A stretch of DNA of 64,000 nucleotides from an uncultured Pelagibacteraceae bacterium (GTDB taxonomy: Bacteria; Pseudomonadota; Alphaproteobacteria; Pelagibacterales; AG-422-B15), in contig CACIWK010000001.1 of NCBI GenBank assembly GCA_902590345.1, positions 142,010 to 206,009 on the forward strand, read 5' to 3'. Made by a program: the position numbers and the translations under genes. The notes beneath the pieces were generated by a model. The model searched no databases. It was not told where the DNA came from and saw only the letters and a program-made list of their open reading frames with translations. Below are positions 39,120 to 48,646 of this stretch, in pieces; position 1 is the first letter of the stretch; each line of letters begins with the position of its first letter.

Positions 39120-40489
39120 GAAAGCACTACTTACAAGTAAATTCATGGTTGAGAACCATGTCATCCACAGTTATTAGCCAAAAGAATTTTGAAGCTGAGT
39201 CTCATTTTAAAAGAATTGGTATTACTTTTTCGGTCAAAGATGATGATATGACTGAACGAATCATCCCTTTTGACCTAATTCCAAGAATTCTTACAAACTA
39301 TGAATGGGCTAAGATAGAAAAAGGTGTTCTACAAAGAGCGAAAGCTCTAAATGCTTTTCTTCACGATATTTATAATAGTGGTGAAATTTTTAAGGCGGGG
39401 ATTGTTCCAAAAGAAATTGTTTATAAAAAATCGTCGTATGATCAGTCTATGATCAACTTTTCACCTCCTAGAAAGATTTATAGTCCAATAATTGGTGTTG
39501 ACTTAGTCAGAACAGGAAAAGATGAGTTTTATGTTTTAGAAGACAACTGTCGTACACCATCTGGTGTTTCATACATGTTGGAAAATAGAGAAATCATGAT
39601 GAAAATGTTTCCTGATTTGTTTCACACGAATCGTGTTTTACGTGTTGATGACTATCCTACTAGATTATTGCAGACGCTTATGAGTCTTGCCCCAAAAAAA
39701 TGTGATAGCAATATACCAACAGTTGTCCTATTAACCCCAGGTCATTTAAATAGTGCATATTACGAGCATACTTTTTTATCCGACCAAATGGGTATTGAAA
39801 TGGTGGAGTCACAAGATCTTTTTGTTGAAAATGATTTGCTCTATATGAAGACAGTTGATGGACCAAAAAAAATAGATGTTGTTTATCGAAGAATTGATGA
39901 CGAATTTTTAGATCCTCTTTGTTATAACCCGGACTCAGTTATTGGTGTCCCGGGGATCACTCAAGTTTATAAAACAGGTGGTGTGAATATATGCTCAGCT
40001 CCTGGTGCTGGTATCGCAGACGACAAAGCTATTTATATATTTGTCCCTGAAATGATAAAATTTTACCTTGGTGAAACACCTATTCTAGATAATGTTGAAA
40101 CATGGAGATGTGAAAGAGATGACGAATTAACTTATGTATTAGAAAATATTGAAAAACTTGTGGTGAAAGAGGTTGATGGTTCAGGTGGTTATGGAATGTT
40201 AATTGGACCTAAATCAACTAAAGCTCAAATTTCAGACTTCTCTACTAAACTGAAAAGTAACCCTCGAGGATATATTGCTCAACCAACATTAGACTTATCA
40301 TCCTCACCAACTTTAATAGATAATGAAGTTTCAGGAAGACGAGTTGATTTACGTCCATTCTGTCTAGTTGGAGAAAAAGTACAATTATGCCCAGGGGGAT
40401 TAACAAGAGTTGCATTAAATAAAGGATCGTATGTAGTAAATTCATCACAAGGGGGAGGAGTAAAGGACACTTGGGTCCTCGCGGATTAA
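39077..40489 (+). CDS. circularly permuted type 2 ATP-grasp protein
   Basis: FDEMY..IRKHY N-terminus, GITF, IPFDLIPRI, LEDNCRTPSGVSYMLENR, YRRIDDEFLDPL, GAGIADDKAIY, GGLTRVAL..GSYVVNSSQGGGVKDTWVL. The start may instead be the ATG at 39083. Confidence 0.85.
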   Translation: MAMFDEMYSDDAQIRKHYLQVNSWLRTMSSTVISQKNFEAESHFKRIGITFSVKDDDMTERIIPFDLIPRILTNYEWAKIEKGVLQRAKALNAFLHDIYNSGEIFKAGIVPKEIVYKKSSYDQSMINFSPPRKIYSPIIGVDLVRTGKDEFYVLEDNCRTPSGVSYMLENREIMMKMFPDLFHTNRVLRVDDYPTRLLQTLMSLAPKKCDSNIPTVVLLTPGHLNSAYYEHTFLSDQMGIEMVESQDLFVENDLLYMKTVDGPKKIDVVYRRIDDEFLDPLCYNPDSVIGVPGITQVYKTGGVNICSAPGAGIADDKAIYIFVPEMIKFYLGETPILDNVETWRCERDDELTYVLENIEKLVVKEVDGSGGYGMLIGPKSTKAQISDFSTKLKSNPRGYIAQPTLDLSSSPTLIDNEVSGRRVDLRPFCLVGEKVQLCPGGLTRVALNKGSYVVNSSQGGGVKDTWVLAD

Positions 40490-40490
40490 C

Positions 40491-41426
40491 ATGCTAAGCA
40501 GAACAGCAGAGAATCTTTACTGGATTAGTAGATATATGGAAAGAGCAGAAACTATGGCACGCCTTCTTGATGTGGGTTATAGAATGTCCTTGTTTCCTAA
40601 CCCTAAAGGCTACCATAATGAATGGGACTCAGTATTATCAGCTGCAGGTGCCGCTCAGGGTTATTTTACTAAATACAATGAAATAAATCAGGAAAATGTT
40701 GAGGATTATATTTTTTTTGATGAAGAAAATCCTTCCTCAGTATACAGCTGTATATCCAAAGCTAGAAATAATGCTCTATTAGTGAGGACTGCATTCACTC
40801 CTGAGGCATGGGTTGCGATTAATAAGTCATACAAAGAGATATTGGAGCTAAAAAATAAAAAATTTACTCGTGCTGATCTACCAAACTTTACTGAATGGAC
40901 TATTCAACAAGTAAATATGTTTCGGGGATCAGCAAACTCATTATTACGAAATGACGGATATCATTTCATATTTCTTGGTACATTCATTGAACGAGCAGAT
41001 AATTCTGCAAGATTGCTCGATGTAAAATATTTTGTACTACTTCCCACTGCTGATTATATAGGGGGAAATCTTGATAATTTACAATGGATTATACTTTTAC
41101 GATCACTATCTTCATTTCGCGCTTTTAGATGGGCTTATGATGGAGACGTGACCTCAACAAAAATTGCGCATTTTTTTATACTTAATAATGATTGTTCACG
41201 TTCTTTAAGTTTTTGTATAAATAATATTGTTTATCATCTTAATTGTTTGAAATGCAGTCCTGATAAAATCAGTGATATTTACTCTGGCCTTAAATCAGTT
41301 CATAATTCTGTGAAAGACGAAACTGTCGAATCAATTATTGAATATGGTTTGCATGAGTATGTGACCAATTTTGTATCGAAGATATCTTTCTTAGACAATC
41401 AAATTCAAAATCATTTTTTTAGGTAG
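40491..41426 (+). CDS. Alpha-E domain protein
   Basis: MLSRTAENLYWISRYMERAETMARLLDV N-terminus and a second ERADNSARLLDVKY repeat; 1-nt spacer after the ATP-grasp gene. Confidence 0.85.
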   Translation: MLSRTAENLYWISRYMERAETMARLLDVGYRMSLFPNPKGYHNEWDSVLSAAGAAQGYFTKYNEINQENVEDYIFFDEENPSSVYSCISKARNNALLVRTAFTPEAWVAINKSYKEILELKNKKFTRADLPNFTEWTIQQVNMFRGSANSLLRNDGYHFIFLGTFIERADNSARLLDVKYFVLLPTADYIGGNLDNLQWIILLRSLSSFRAFRWAYDGDVTSTKIAHFFILNNDCSRSLSFCINNIVYHLNCLKCSPDKISDIYSGLKSVHNSVKDETVESIIEYGLHEYVTNFVSKISFLDNQIQNHFFR

Positions 41427-41429
41427 ATT

Positions 41430-42251
41430 ATGTTACTTACAATCAATCATACAACAAATTATGAATACGATGATAACCTATTAGGGTTAATTCAAACAAC
41501 AAAGTTGACTCCATCACCCTATAATGGTCTTAAAATTTTGGATTGGACTGTAAAAAGAAATAACAAATCTGGAGGCGAAATATTTAGAGATGGAGAGGGA
41601 AATAATATAATTAACTTCAAAGGCGAGCCATCAGAAAAGGAAATTAAATTTGTAGTTAAAGGTGAAGTTGAAACAATTGATACAAATGGAGTGTATGAAA
41701 GTTTGAATGATAAAATAGATCCTTATGTCTATTTAAGAAGTACAATTTTAACACTACCAAATGATAAAATAAAAGAGCTAGCTTCTATTGCCTCAAAAGA
41801 TTGTTCAAATGAAGATACTGTAACTATTGCTCATGACTTAATGCTCTTAATTGCGAAAAAAATTAAATATGAACCGTATACCACCAATACGAACACAACT
41901 GCAGCTATGTCAATAGATCAAGAAAAGGGTGTTTGCCAAGATCAAGCACATATAATGATTTCTGCTGCTAGAAATCTGGGCATTCCCTCAAGATATGTAA
42001 ATGGCTACATGCATAAAAATAGAAATGACTCTGAATTTCAAGCTACACACGCATGGGCTGAACTTTATATAGATAAACTTGGTTGGGTTGGATTTGATCC
42101 TACAAATCAATGTTGTCCTGATGAGAGATATATTCGAGTTTCATGCGGCTTAGATGCAAGTTATGCGGCGCCAATCAGAGGGATCTTTTATGGTAACACC
42201 GCAGAAAAATTAGATATAAATGTTCAAACAATTGAAAACTGCTCACAATAA
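41430..42251 (+). CDS. transglutaminase-family cysteine protease/transamidase (Bact_transglu_N plus core)
   Basis: Intact Cys-His-Asp triad context: GVCQDQAH, THAWAELY, GFDPTN. Confidence 0.85.
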   Translation: MLLTINHTTNYEYDDNLLGLIQTTKLTPSPYNGLKILDWTVKRNNKSGGEIFRDGEGNNIINFKGEPSEKEIKFVVKGEVETIDTNGVYESLNDKIDPYVYLRSTILTLPNDKIKELASIASKDCSNEDTVTIAHDLMLLIAKKIKYEPYTTNTNTTAAMSIDQEKGVCQDQAHIMISAARNLGIPSRYVNGYMHKNRNDSEFQATHAWAELYIDKLGWVGFDPTNQCCPDERYIRVSCGLDASYAAPIRGIFYGNTAEKLDINVQTIENCSQ

Positions 42252-42992
42252 TTAGTATTTAACCTCCATAAAATATAATCCCTCAGGAGGAGCAAGTGCC
42301 CCGCATTTAGAGCGATCTTTTGAATTAAACGCTTTTTCAAAATCACCAGACGACCAACTTTTTTCTCCAACTAGCTTTAAACTTCCAACAATTGATCTAA
42401 CTTGATGATGCAGAAATGATTTTGCAGTGAAACCGAAATAGATATTTTCTTCTGATTGACTAATTTTTAGGCTGTCTAAAGTTTTTATTGGACTATCAGA
42501 TTGACAATGGGCCGAACGGAATGTTGTAAAGTCATGCTGACCCTCAATTGAAGGAATGCATTCCTTCATCAAATCAACATCAATGTCTTTATGTACTTGC
42601 CAAGCTCTTCCCTTCTCAATAGTGAGTGGTGACTTTCTGTTTACTATTCTATAAAGGTATTTTCTCTGAGTTGCATCAAATCTTGCATGAAAATCATTAT
42701 GTGCTTTCTCTACTTCCAATATGGAAATAGGAAATGGCCTCAAATGATCGTTTAATGCATTCTTAATCACATATGGTTCAAGTAATTTGTCTGTAACATC
42801 AAAATGAGCGACCTGCCCCATTGCGTGGACACCTGCATCTGTTCTACCAGCCCCAAAAATAGTTATGTTTTCCTCAAATATATTACTTATTACTTTTTCA
42901 ATACACCCTTGAACTGATTGTCCATTTTCTTGTCTTTGCCATCCGACAAACGGAGTACCATCATACTCAATTTTTATTTTAAACCTATTCAT
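42252..42992 (-). CDS. truA: tRNA pseudouridine(38-40) synthase
   Basis: GAGRTDAGVHA catalytic Asp motif. Confidence 0.9.
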   Translation of the reverse strand: MNRFKIKIEYDGTPFVGWQRQENGQSVQGCIEKVISNIFEENITIFGAGRTDAGVHAMGQVAHFDVTDKLLEPYVIKNALNDHLRPFPISILEVEKAHNDFHARFDATQRKYLYRIVNRKSPLTIEKGRAWQVHKDIDVDLMKECIPSIEGQHDFTTFRSAHCQSDSPIKTLDSLKISQSEENIYFGFTAKSFLHHQVRSIVGSLKLVGEKSWSSGDFEKAFNSKDRSKCGALAPPEGLYFMEVKY

Positions 42993-43906
42993 TTAATATA
43001 AGAGCCAACTTCAATTTTATATCCTAAGAGAAAGTCATTGATTGTACAATCTTGTTTACCTTCAACTCTGAGAAGCAACGGTCTTATTGAATTAATACCA
43101 CAACCAATTAAAAATTCTTCATTCATAATCTTTCCGGCCTCACCTTGCTCATGAATTACCTCAGCCTTCAGTATTTTAATTCTTTTATTATTTAGTGAAA
43201 ACCAAGCACATGGACTAGGATTATAGGCATTTATGCGTCTATTTACTTTCTCGGCATTTTCAGTCCAGTCAATTAAAGCTTCTTGTTTTTGTATTTTCTT
43301 CGCATAACAGGCCTGCGTGTCATTTTGTTTAGTAAACTGAATAGAGCCATCTAATCTATCAATAAAGTTTATAAGCAATTCAGCTCCTTCATTTGCGAGT
43401 TCTTTTTCTAACTCACTGTAGTTTTGTTGTTCTATTTTTATTTCTTTTTGTAGCCCAATATCTCCTGAATCAAGGCCTTTATCCATTTTCATAATTGTAA
43501 CGCCCGTAGTCTGATCACCTTCAATCATTGCTCTTTGAATTGGTGCGGCACCCCTCCACCGAGGAAGTAAAGATGCATGTACATTATAACAACCAAGTTT
43601 AGGTAAATTGATTACTTGTTCAGGTAATATCAGTCCATAAGCAACAACAATAATCATATCCAAATTCATTTCTCGTAGTTTTTTTAATTCCTCTGATGAA
43701 CTAATCGAAGGAGGCGAGCTAATTTCTATATTTTTATCTTCAGCAAATTCAGCCACTGGTGAAATTGATAATTTCATTCCTCGGTTAGCCTTTTTTGCGG
43801 GAGATGTGTACACTCCCACCAAATGATTATTTGAAGAAATAATTTTTTTTAAAGATGGCACTGCGAATGGGGCTGTGCCCATGAATAGGATGCGATAATT
43901 TTTCAT
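42989..43906 (-). CDS. fmt: methionyl-tRNA formyltransferase
   Basis: NVHASLLPRWRGAAPIQ. Confidence 0.9.
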   Translation of the reverse strand: MKNYRILFMGTAPFAVPSLKKIISSNNHLVGVYTSPAKKANRGMKLSISPVAEFAEDKNIEISSPPSISSSEELKKLREMNLDMIIVVAYGLILPEQVINLPKLGCYNVHASLLPRWRGAAPIQRAMIEGDQTTGVTIMKMDKGLDSGDIGLQKEIKIEQQNYSELEKELANEGAELLINFIDRLDGSIQFTKQNDTQACYAKKIQKQEALIDWTENAEKVNRRINAYNPSPCAWFSLNNKRIKILKAEVIHEQGEAGKIMNEEFLIGCGINSIRPLLLRVEGKQDCTINDFLLGYKIEVGSYIK

Positions 43907-43911
43907 TTTAT

Positions 43912-44448
43912 CTAAGCGACGATTCGTTCTTTTTTTGAATGTTTTCTTGTTTTGATGAGCTTCTTTACAATCATGTTGCGTTTCATATTTGATAAATGAT
44001 CAATAAAAAGAATTCCCTCAAGATGATCCATTTCATGTTGGATGCAGGTCGCTAATAATCCTTTAGCGTTTAGGGTTGACTTTTTTCCATTATAATCAAG
44101 AAAGTTTATTTCACATTCTTCTGGACGATCAATTTCTGCGTATTGATCTGGGACCGATAAACATCCCTCTTCATACGTTGAAAGATTTTTTGTTTTTACT
44201 GTAATTTCAGGGTTAACAAAATAAAGGGGTTCTTTTATACCCTCTTCATTTCTCCAGCTTATATCCATCACAATTACACGCAAAGGAACTCCGATTTGAA
44301 CTGCTGCTAAACCTATTCCAGGTGCGTCATACATGGTGTCCAACATGTCATCCATTAGATCCTGGATCTCTTTAGTCACTTCATCAACTGGTTTTGAAAT
44401 CTGTTTTAAAAACGGATCTGGAGCAGTTAAAATCTTTTTTACTGTCAT
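43912..44448 (-). CDS. def: peptide deformylase
   Basis: GIGLAAVQIG, EGCLS, HEMDH. Confidence 0.9.
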   Translation of the reverse strand: MTVKKILTAPDPFLKQISKPVDEVTKEIQDLMDDMLDTMYDAPGIGLAAVQIGVPLRVIVMDISWRNEEGIKEPLYFVNPEITVKTKNLSTYEEGCLSVPDQYAEIDRPEECEINFLDYNGKKSTLNAKGLLATCIQHEMDHLEGILFIDHLSNMKRNMIVKKLIKTRKHSKKERIVA

Positions 44449-44517
44449 AATCTTTAGATAGGCTAACTTATATATAAGGTCAAGATTGAATAAAAAAATT
44501 GAGAAAATACAATAAAA

Positions 44518-45123
44518 CTAAATTTTTTGTCGTGCCCTGAGAGCAGCGGCAATAGTTCCTTCATCCATGTAATCCAACTCTCCGCCAACAGGTACACCGT
44601 GACCTAAGCGACTTACTTCAACACTGTGTTTTGACAATGTATCTGCTACGTAATGAGCGGTTGTTTGACCATCAACTGTTGCACTCAAAGCCAATATGAC
44701 TTCATCAATTTTCTCGCCTTCAATTCGATCAATCAGTTTTTTTAAATTTAAATCATCTGGCCCAATGCTGTTTATGGCTGATAGGGTGCCACCCAGCACA
44801 TGATACAGTCCATTAAATACTTCAGATTTCTCAAGTGCCCATAGATCTGCGATATTTTCAACAACACAGATTTGATTTTTAGATCGACCCTCATCTGCGC
44901 AGATCATGCATGGAGAGTTTACATCGATGTTTCCACAAATTTCACATGTAACAATATTTTCACTCGATGATAAAAGCGACTCAGCGAGTGGGACCATTAA
45001 CTGTTCTTTGTTCTTTATTAAATGAAGTGCTGCTCTGCTCGCAGATTTGGGTCCAAAACCTGGCAGTTTACTAATTAAAAGTATTAACTTATCAATTTCT
45101 GGATTAGATATACGGGATTTCAT
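44518..45123 (-). CDS. recR: recombination protein RecR
   Basis: C4 zinc finger CEICGNIDVNSPCMIC and a Toprim segment. Confidence 0.9.
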   Translation of the reverse strand: MKSRISNPEIDKLILLISKLPGFGPKSASRAALHLIKNKEQLMVPLAESLLSSSENIVTCEICGNIDVNSPCMICADEGRSKNQICVVENIADLWALEKSEVFNGLYHVLGGTLSAINSIGPDDLNLKKLIDRIEGEKIDEVILALSATVDGQTTAHYVADTLSKHSVEVSRLGHGVPVGGELDYMDEGTIAAALRARQKI

Positions 45124-45124
45124 A

Positions 45125-45448
45125 CTAGAAAGGCAGTTTCATTCCTGGAGGAAGTTTTATACCACCGGTAAGAGAACTCATTTCATCCGCAATTTTTCTT
45201 TGAATTTTGTCTCTCGCATCATTAAAAGCTGCAACTATCAAATCTTCTAAAATTTCTTTCTCATTTTTATCTATCGCTGTTTCGTCAATGTTTACAGAAG
45301 TTACATTATTTTTTCCATTTATAGTTATTTTAACTATTCCTCCACCTGAGATACCCTCGGCTTCCAGTGTTTCTACCTTTTCCTGAGCCTCAGCCATTTT
45401 TTTTTGCAAGTCTTGGGCCTGCTTAATCATATTGTTAAAATTATTCAT
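45125..45448 (-). CDS. ybaB: YbaB/EbfC family nucleoid-associated protein
   Basis: Size, MIKQAQDLQKKMAEAQE N-terminus, and position between dnaX and recR. Confidence 0.85.
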   Translation of the reverse strand: MNNFNNMIKQAQDLQKKMAEAQEKVETLEAEGISGGGIVKITINGKNNVTSVNIDETAIDKNEKEILEDLIVAAFNDARDKIQRKIADEMSSLTGGIKLPPGMKLPF

Positions 45449-45450
45449 AT

Positions 45451-46725
45451 TTATTTCTCTTCAATTTGTTCAACTTCAGTTCCGGGAAAGAAATCAATAA
45501 TTTCTTTTACTTTTGGATCCATTTCTGAAGATGTTTCTCCTGATTTATCCTGTATTTTATTATCATTTTTTTCAACCATATTATTTAGTTCACTTATTAA
45601 TTCATTAGGTTTTGGTATGTCATTTAAATAAATGATCCTAATGATTAACATTTCAAGAGAAGTTATGGGAGAAAATGAGTCCGTAACTTCATGCAATCCC
45701 TTATTTAACATTTGCCAGATCATTGAGAGGGTAGATACATCTAGATTACCTGCTACCTCTTGTACTGCGCTATATTCACTTTCTGTAAGTGAGCTTTTAA
45801 CTCCCTCAGCTGCATCAATATTAATCATAGTCAAACTATGAACAGTTTCTATCAGATCTTTTACGATCATTGATGGATCAGCTCCGTTGTCATAAAGTTC
45901 GTTTATTTTTTCAAGTGACTGTTGAGTTTGACCAGCAGTAATGAATTTGATTAGTTCTAAAATTTTGGTTGGATCATTTAAACCGATCATCTCTTTCACT
46001 TGCTCTTCAGAAATATGCTTACCTGAAAATGCAATAGATTGATCGAGTATAGAAAGGCCATCTCTTACAGATCCATCTGCAGCTCTTGCGATAATTTTTA
46101 ATGCACCTTCTTCAAAATCAACTGACTCCTTTTCACATATGGATTTTAAAAAAATAACTAAATCATCAGGTTCAACCCTTTTTAAATCATATCTTTGGCA
46201 TCTTGATAGTATAGTTGTAGGTATTTTTCTTACCTCAGTAGTCGCAAAAATAAATTTCACATGAGGCGGCGGCTCTTCCAATGTTTTAAGTAATCCATTA
46301 AAGGCTGCGGTCGATAACATGTGAACTTCATCTATAATATAAACTTTATACTTTGATGACACAGGCGAGTATTGAACGCCTTCAATCAGCTCTCTTATGT
46401 CAGCTATTCCGGTGCGCGATGCTGCATCCATTTCATAAACATCAACACTTCTTGACTCTGTTATCGCTTTACAATTGTCACAAACCCCGCATGGCTCGTT
46501 GTTGTCTTGCTCCGATATATTTAAACAATTTAGTGATTTTGCAATAATTCTAGCTGTTGTTGTTTTCCCTACACCTCTAACTCCTGTGAGTAAATAAGCG
46601 TTGGCAATTCTATTCATCTCAATTGCATTTTGTATTGTCTTAGACATGAGATCTTGACCAATAAGTTCACTAAACTTTAGCGGTCTATATTTTAATGGAA
46701 TAGGTATGTTGGTTGTTTCGGACAT
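45451..46725 (-). CDS. dnaX: DNA polymerase III clamp-loader subunit DnaX (gamma-sized, 424 aa)
   Basis: Walker A GVRGVGKTTTARI, zinc module CGVCDNCKAI, Walker B YIIDEVHMLS, sensor SRCQRY. Start taken at the ATG at 46725. Confidence 0.9.
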   Translation of the reverse strand: MSETTNIPIPLKYRPLKFSELIGQDLMSKTIQNAIEMNRIANAYLLTGVRGVGKTTTARIIAKSLNCLNISEQDNNEPCGVCDNCKAITESRSVDVYEMDAASRTGIADIRELIEGVQYSPVSSKYKVYIIDEVHMLSTAAFNGLLKTLEEPPPHVKFIFATTEVRKIPTTILSRCQRYDLKRVEPDDLVIFLKSICEKESVDFEEGALKIIARAADGSVRDGLSILDQSIAFSGKHISEEQVKEMIGLNDPTKILELIKFITAGQTQQSLEKINELYDNGADPSMIVKDLIETVHSLTMINIDAAEGVKSSLTESEYSAVQEVAGNLDVSTLSMIWQMLNKGLHEVTDSFSPITSLEMLIIRIIYLNDIPKPNELISELNNMVEKNDNKIQDKSGETSSEMDPKVKEIIDFFPGTEVEQIEEK

Positions 46726-46743
46726 AAAAATCACTAATCTTTA

Positions 46744-46835
46744 GTGGGAGATCAACGTAACCCAAATATCTTCGTTACGGCTGCTTCTTTTCAGACCTGA
46801 CCGGATTGGCGAATAACTTGTCTACTCAATCTCCC
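46744..46835 (-). ncRNA. ffs: signal recognition particle RNA (4.5S, small bacterial type)
   Basis: The reverse complement contains CCGGTCAGGTCTGAAAAGAAGCAGCC, which closely matches the conserved domain IV of E. coli 4.5S (GGUCAGGUCCGGAAGGAAGCAGCC). Terminal GGGAGAT/ATCTCCC pairing closes the hairpin. It sits just upstream of dnaX, the usual position. Confidence 0.8.
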
Positions 46836-46840
46836 AAAAT

Positions 46841-46849
46841 ATTGTATCA
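46841..46849 (-). promoter_or_regulatory. extended -10 element (TGATACAAT) for ffs
   Basis: Read on the minus strand, TGATACAAT sits about 6 nt before the GGGAG that starts the predicted SRP RNA helix. Confidence 0.35.
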
Positions 46850-46887
46850 TAACGAAAATAAAATGTTGTTTAATAAATAATAAATTA

Positions 46888-47811
46888 ATGAACAAAATAA
46901 TATTTGCAAATAATCCTCTCGATAGAATGTCAGGTTTTAGAAGCGATAAAGACTGGCAAAAAGCAAATTTATTGGACAATGAAACACGTTTTGTTGTTTT
47001 TCACTCAGGGAAACCATTGATACACGTGAGCAGTGAACCTGGCTCAAATTCAACAATTTTTTTAGCCACATATGATCAAATAAAAAATTTTATTGAAGAT
47101 GCTTATTTGCTTTTCCTAGGCAAGTTAAAAAATAAAAGCTACTACGCCATAGATTTATCAAAAAGTAACAAAGACTTCGACAAAACTGCATTTCCTAACT
47201 GTAAATTTATTGATTTAAGATCGATAGCGCAGAGTATTTCCCCAGAAGACACAGGTATTCTTGCCCAGGCTAAGTCCATGGTCGAATGGAATTCATCCAA
47301 TATTTTTTGTACCAGATGTGAAAGTTCCCGACTTGAAACTGTTGATGCAGGTTGCAAAAAAATTTGCAAAAATTGTAACGCAGAATTATTTCCTCGTGTT
47401 GACCCTGTCGTAATCATGCTTCCTATTTTTAAAGACAAATGTTTACTCGGTCGCCAAAAAATATTTCCACCCAGAATGTTCTCAGCACTGGCAGGTTTTT
47501 TAGAACCGGGTGAAACCATCGAAGATGCAGTTATTAGAGAAGTTAAAGAAGAAGTGGGATTAAATGTTACAAGTGTTGAGTATAAATTTACCCAACCATG
47601 GCCATTTCCTTCTCAATTAATGATCGCATGTTTCTGTCAAACAGATGGTGATACAACTGATTTAGATCAGGATGAAATTGAAGATGCAGTATGGTTATCT
47701 CGAGAAGACTTAAATCGTATATTCGTTGGTAAAAGCCCTGACAGGATATGGATACCTCCTGCAATGGCTGTAGCTCACCAATTAATTGTTGCTTGGATGC
47801 ACAATAAGTAA
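46888..47811 (+). CDS. nudC: NAD(+) diphosphatase / NADH pyrophosphatase NudC
   Basis: Zinc ribbon CTRC...CKNC followed by NUDIX box GFLEPGETIEDAVIREVKEEVG. Confidence 0.8.
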   Translation: MNKIIFANNPLDRMSGFRSDKDWQKANLLDNETRFVVFHSGKPLIHVSSEPGSNSTIFLATYDQIKNFIEDAYLLFLGKLKNKSYYAIDLSKSNKDFDKTAFPNCKFIDLRSIAQSISPEDTGILAQAKSMVEWNSSNIFCTRCESSRLETVDAGCKKICKNCNAELFPRVDPVVIMLPIFKDKCLLGRQKIFPPRMFSALAGFLEPGETIEDAVIREVKEEVGLNVTSVEYKFTQPWPFPSQLMIACFCQTDGDTTDLDQDEIEDAVWLSREDLNRIFVGKSPDRIWIPPAMAVAHQLIVAWMHNK

Positions 47812-47812
47812 A

Positions 47813-48646
47813 CTAATTGTTTCTATATGAATGTTTTGGATAAACGCCTAAGACTTTCAGTTTTTCAGTATAAAAGGATAATTCTTCTAAAGCTCCTTTT
47901 ACCGATTGATCTTCAGCATGGCCATCTAGATCAATATAGAATTGAGCTTTATTAAAATCACCATCAACAATAAAACTCTCTAATTTAGTTAGATTGACTC
48001 CATTAGTTGCAAAACCTCCAAGTGCCTTATAAAGAGCTGAAGGAACACTCTTTACTTCAAATATGCAACTTGTCAGGTATGACAATTTTTCGTTTCTTTC
48101 TTGTTGAAGATCTTTTGACATTATTAAAAATCGAGTTGTATTATTTTTGATGTCTTGAATATTTGTATCTACTATATCTAATCCATAAGTATCAGCTGCA
48201 AGTGTTGAGGCAATCGCTGAGTCTTCCATTGTCCCTTGCTCACTAATAAATTTCGCAGAACCTGCAGTGTCCGCCATTATGATGACATCTAAATTATATT
48301 TTTTTATCGCAGCATGACATTGTCCAATTGCCATAGAGTGACTACGTACATTTTTAATTGTATCTAAGGAAGCGCCTGGTTTTACCATTAACTGATGATT
48401 GATCTCTTGAAAGTGTTCTGAATATATTTTTAAATCATATCCACCAAGTAAGTAGTGAATATCCGCTACCCTGCCCGCGACTGAGTTTTCAATTGGTATC
48501 ATGGCTAAATGACACTCTGATGCATTAACTTGCTCCATAGCAGACTCAAATGTTCTGCACGCAACAGGATTGTGATCAGGCGCAGCTTCAATGCACGCAA
48601 GATGTGAATAAGCTCCGAGTTCACCCTGGAAAGCTATTTTTTTCAT
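47813..48646 (-). CDS. pheA: prephenate dehydratase
   Basis: PDT domain with NNTTRFLIMS (TRF motif) and a C-terminal ACT-like domain. Confidence 0.85.
   Translation of the reverse strand: MKKIAFQGELGAYSHLACIEAAPDHNPVACRTFESAMEQVNASECHLAMIPIENSVAGRVADIHYLLGGYDLKIYSEHFQEINHQLMVKPGASLDTIKNVRSHSMAIGQCHAAIKKYNLDVIIMADTAGSAKFISEQGTMEDSAIASTLAADTYGLDIVDTNIQDIKNNTTRFLIMSKDLQQERNEKLSYLTSCIFEVKSVPSALYKALGGFATNGVNLTKLESFIVDGDFNKAQFYIDLDGHAEDQSVKGALEELSFYTEKLKVLGVYPKHSYRNN

Noticed and set aside
46791-46979. A 62-aa minus-strand ORF upstream of dnaX.
   Set aside because: It overlaps the SRP RNA and its promoter as well as the nudC start. The SRP RNA call explains the conservation-like signal.
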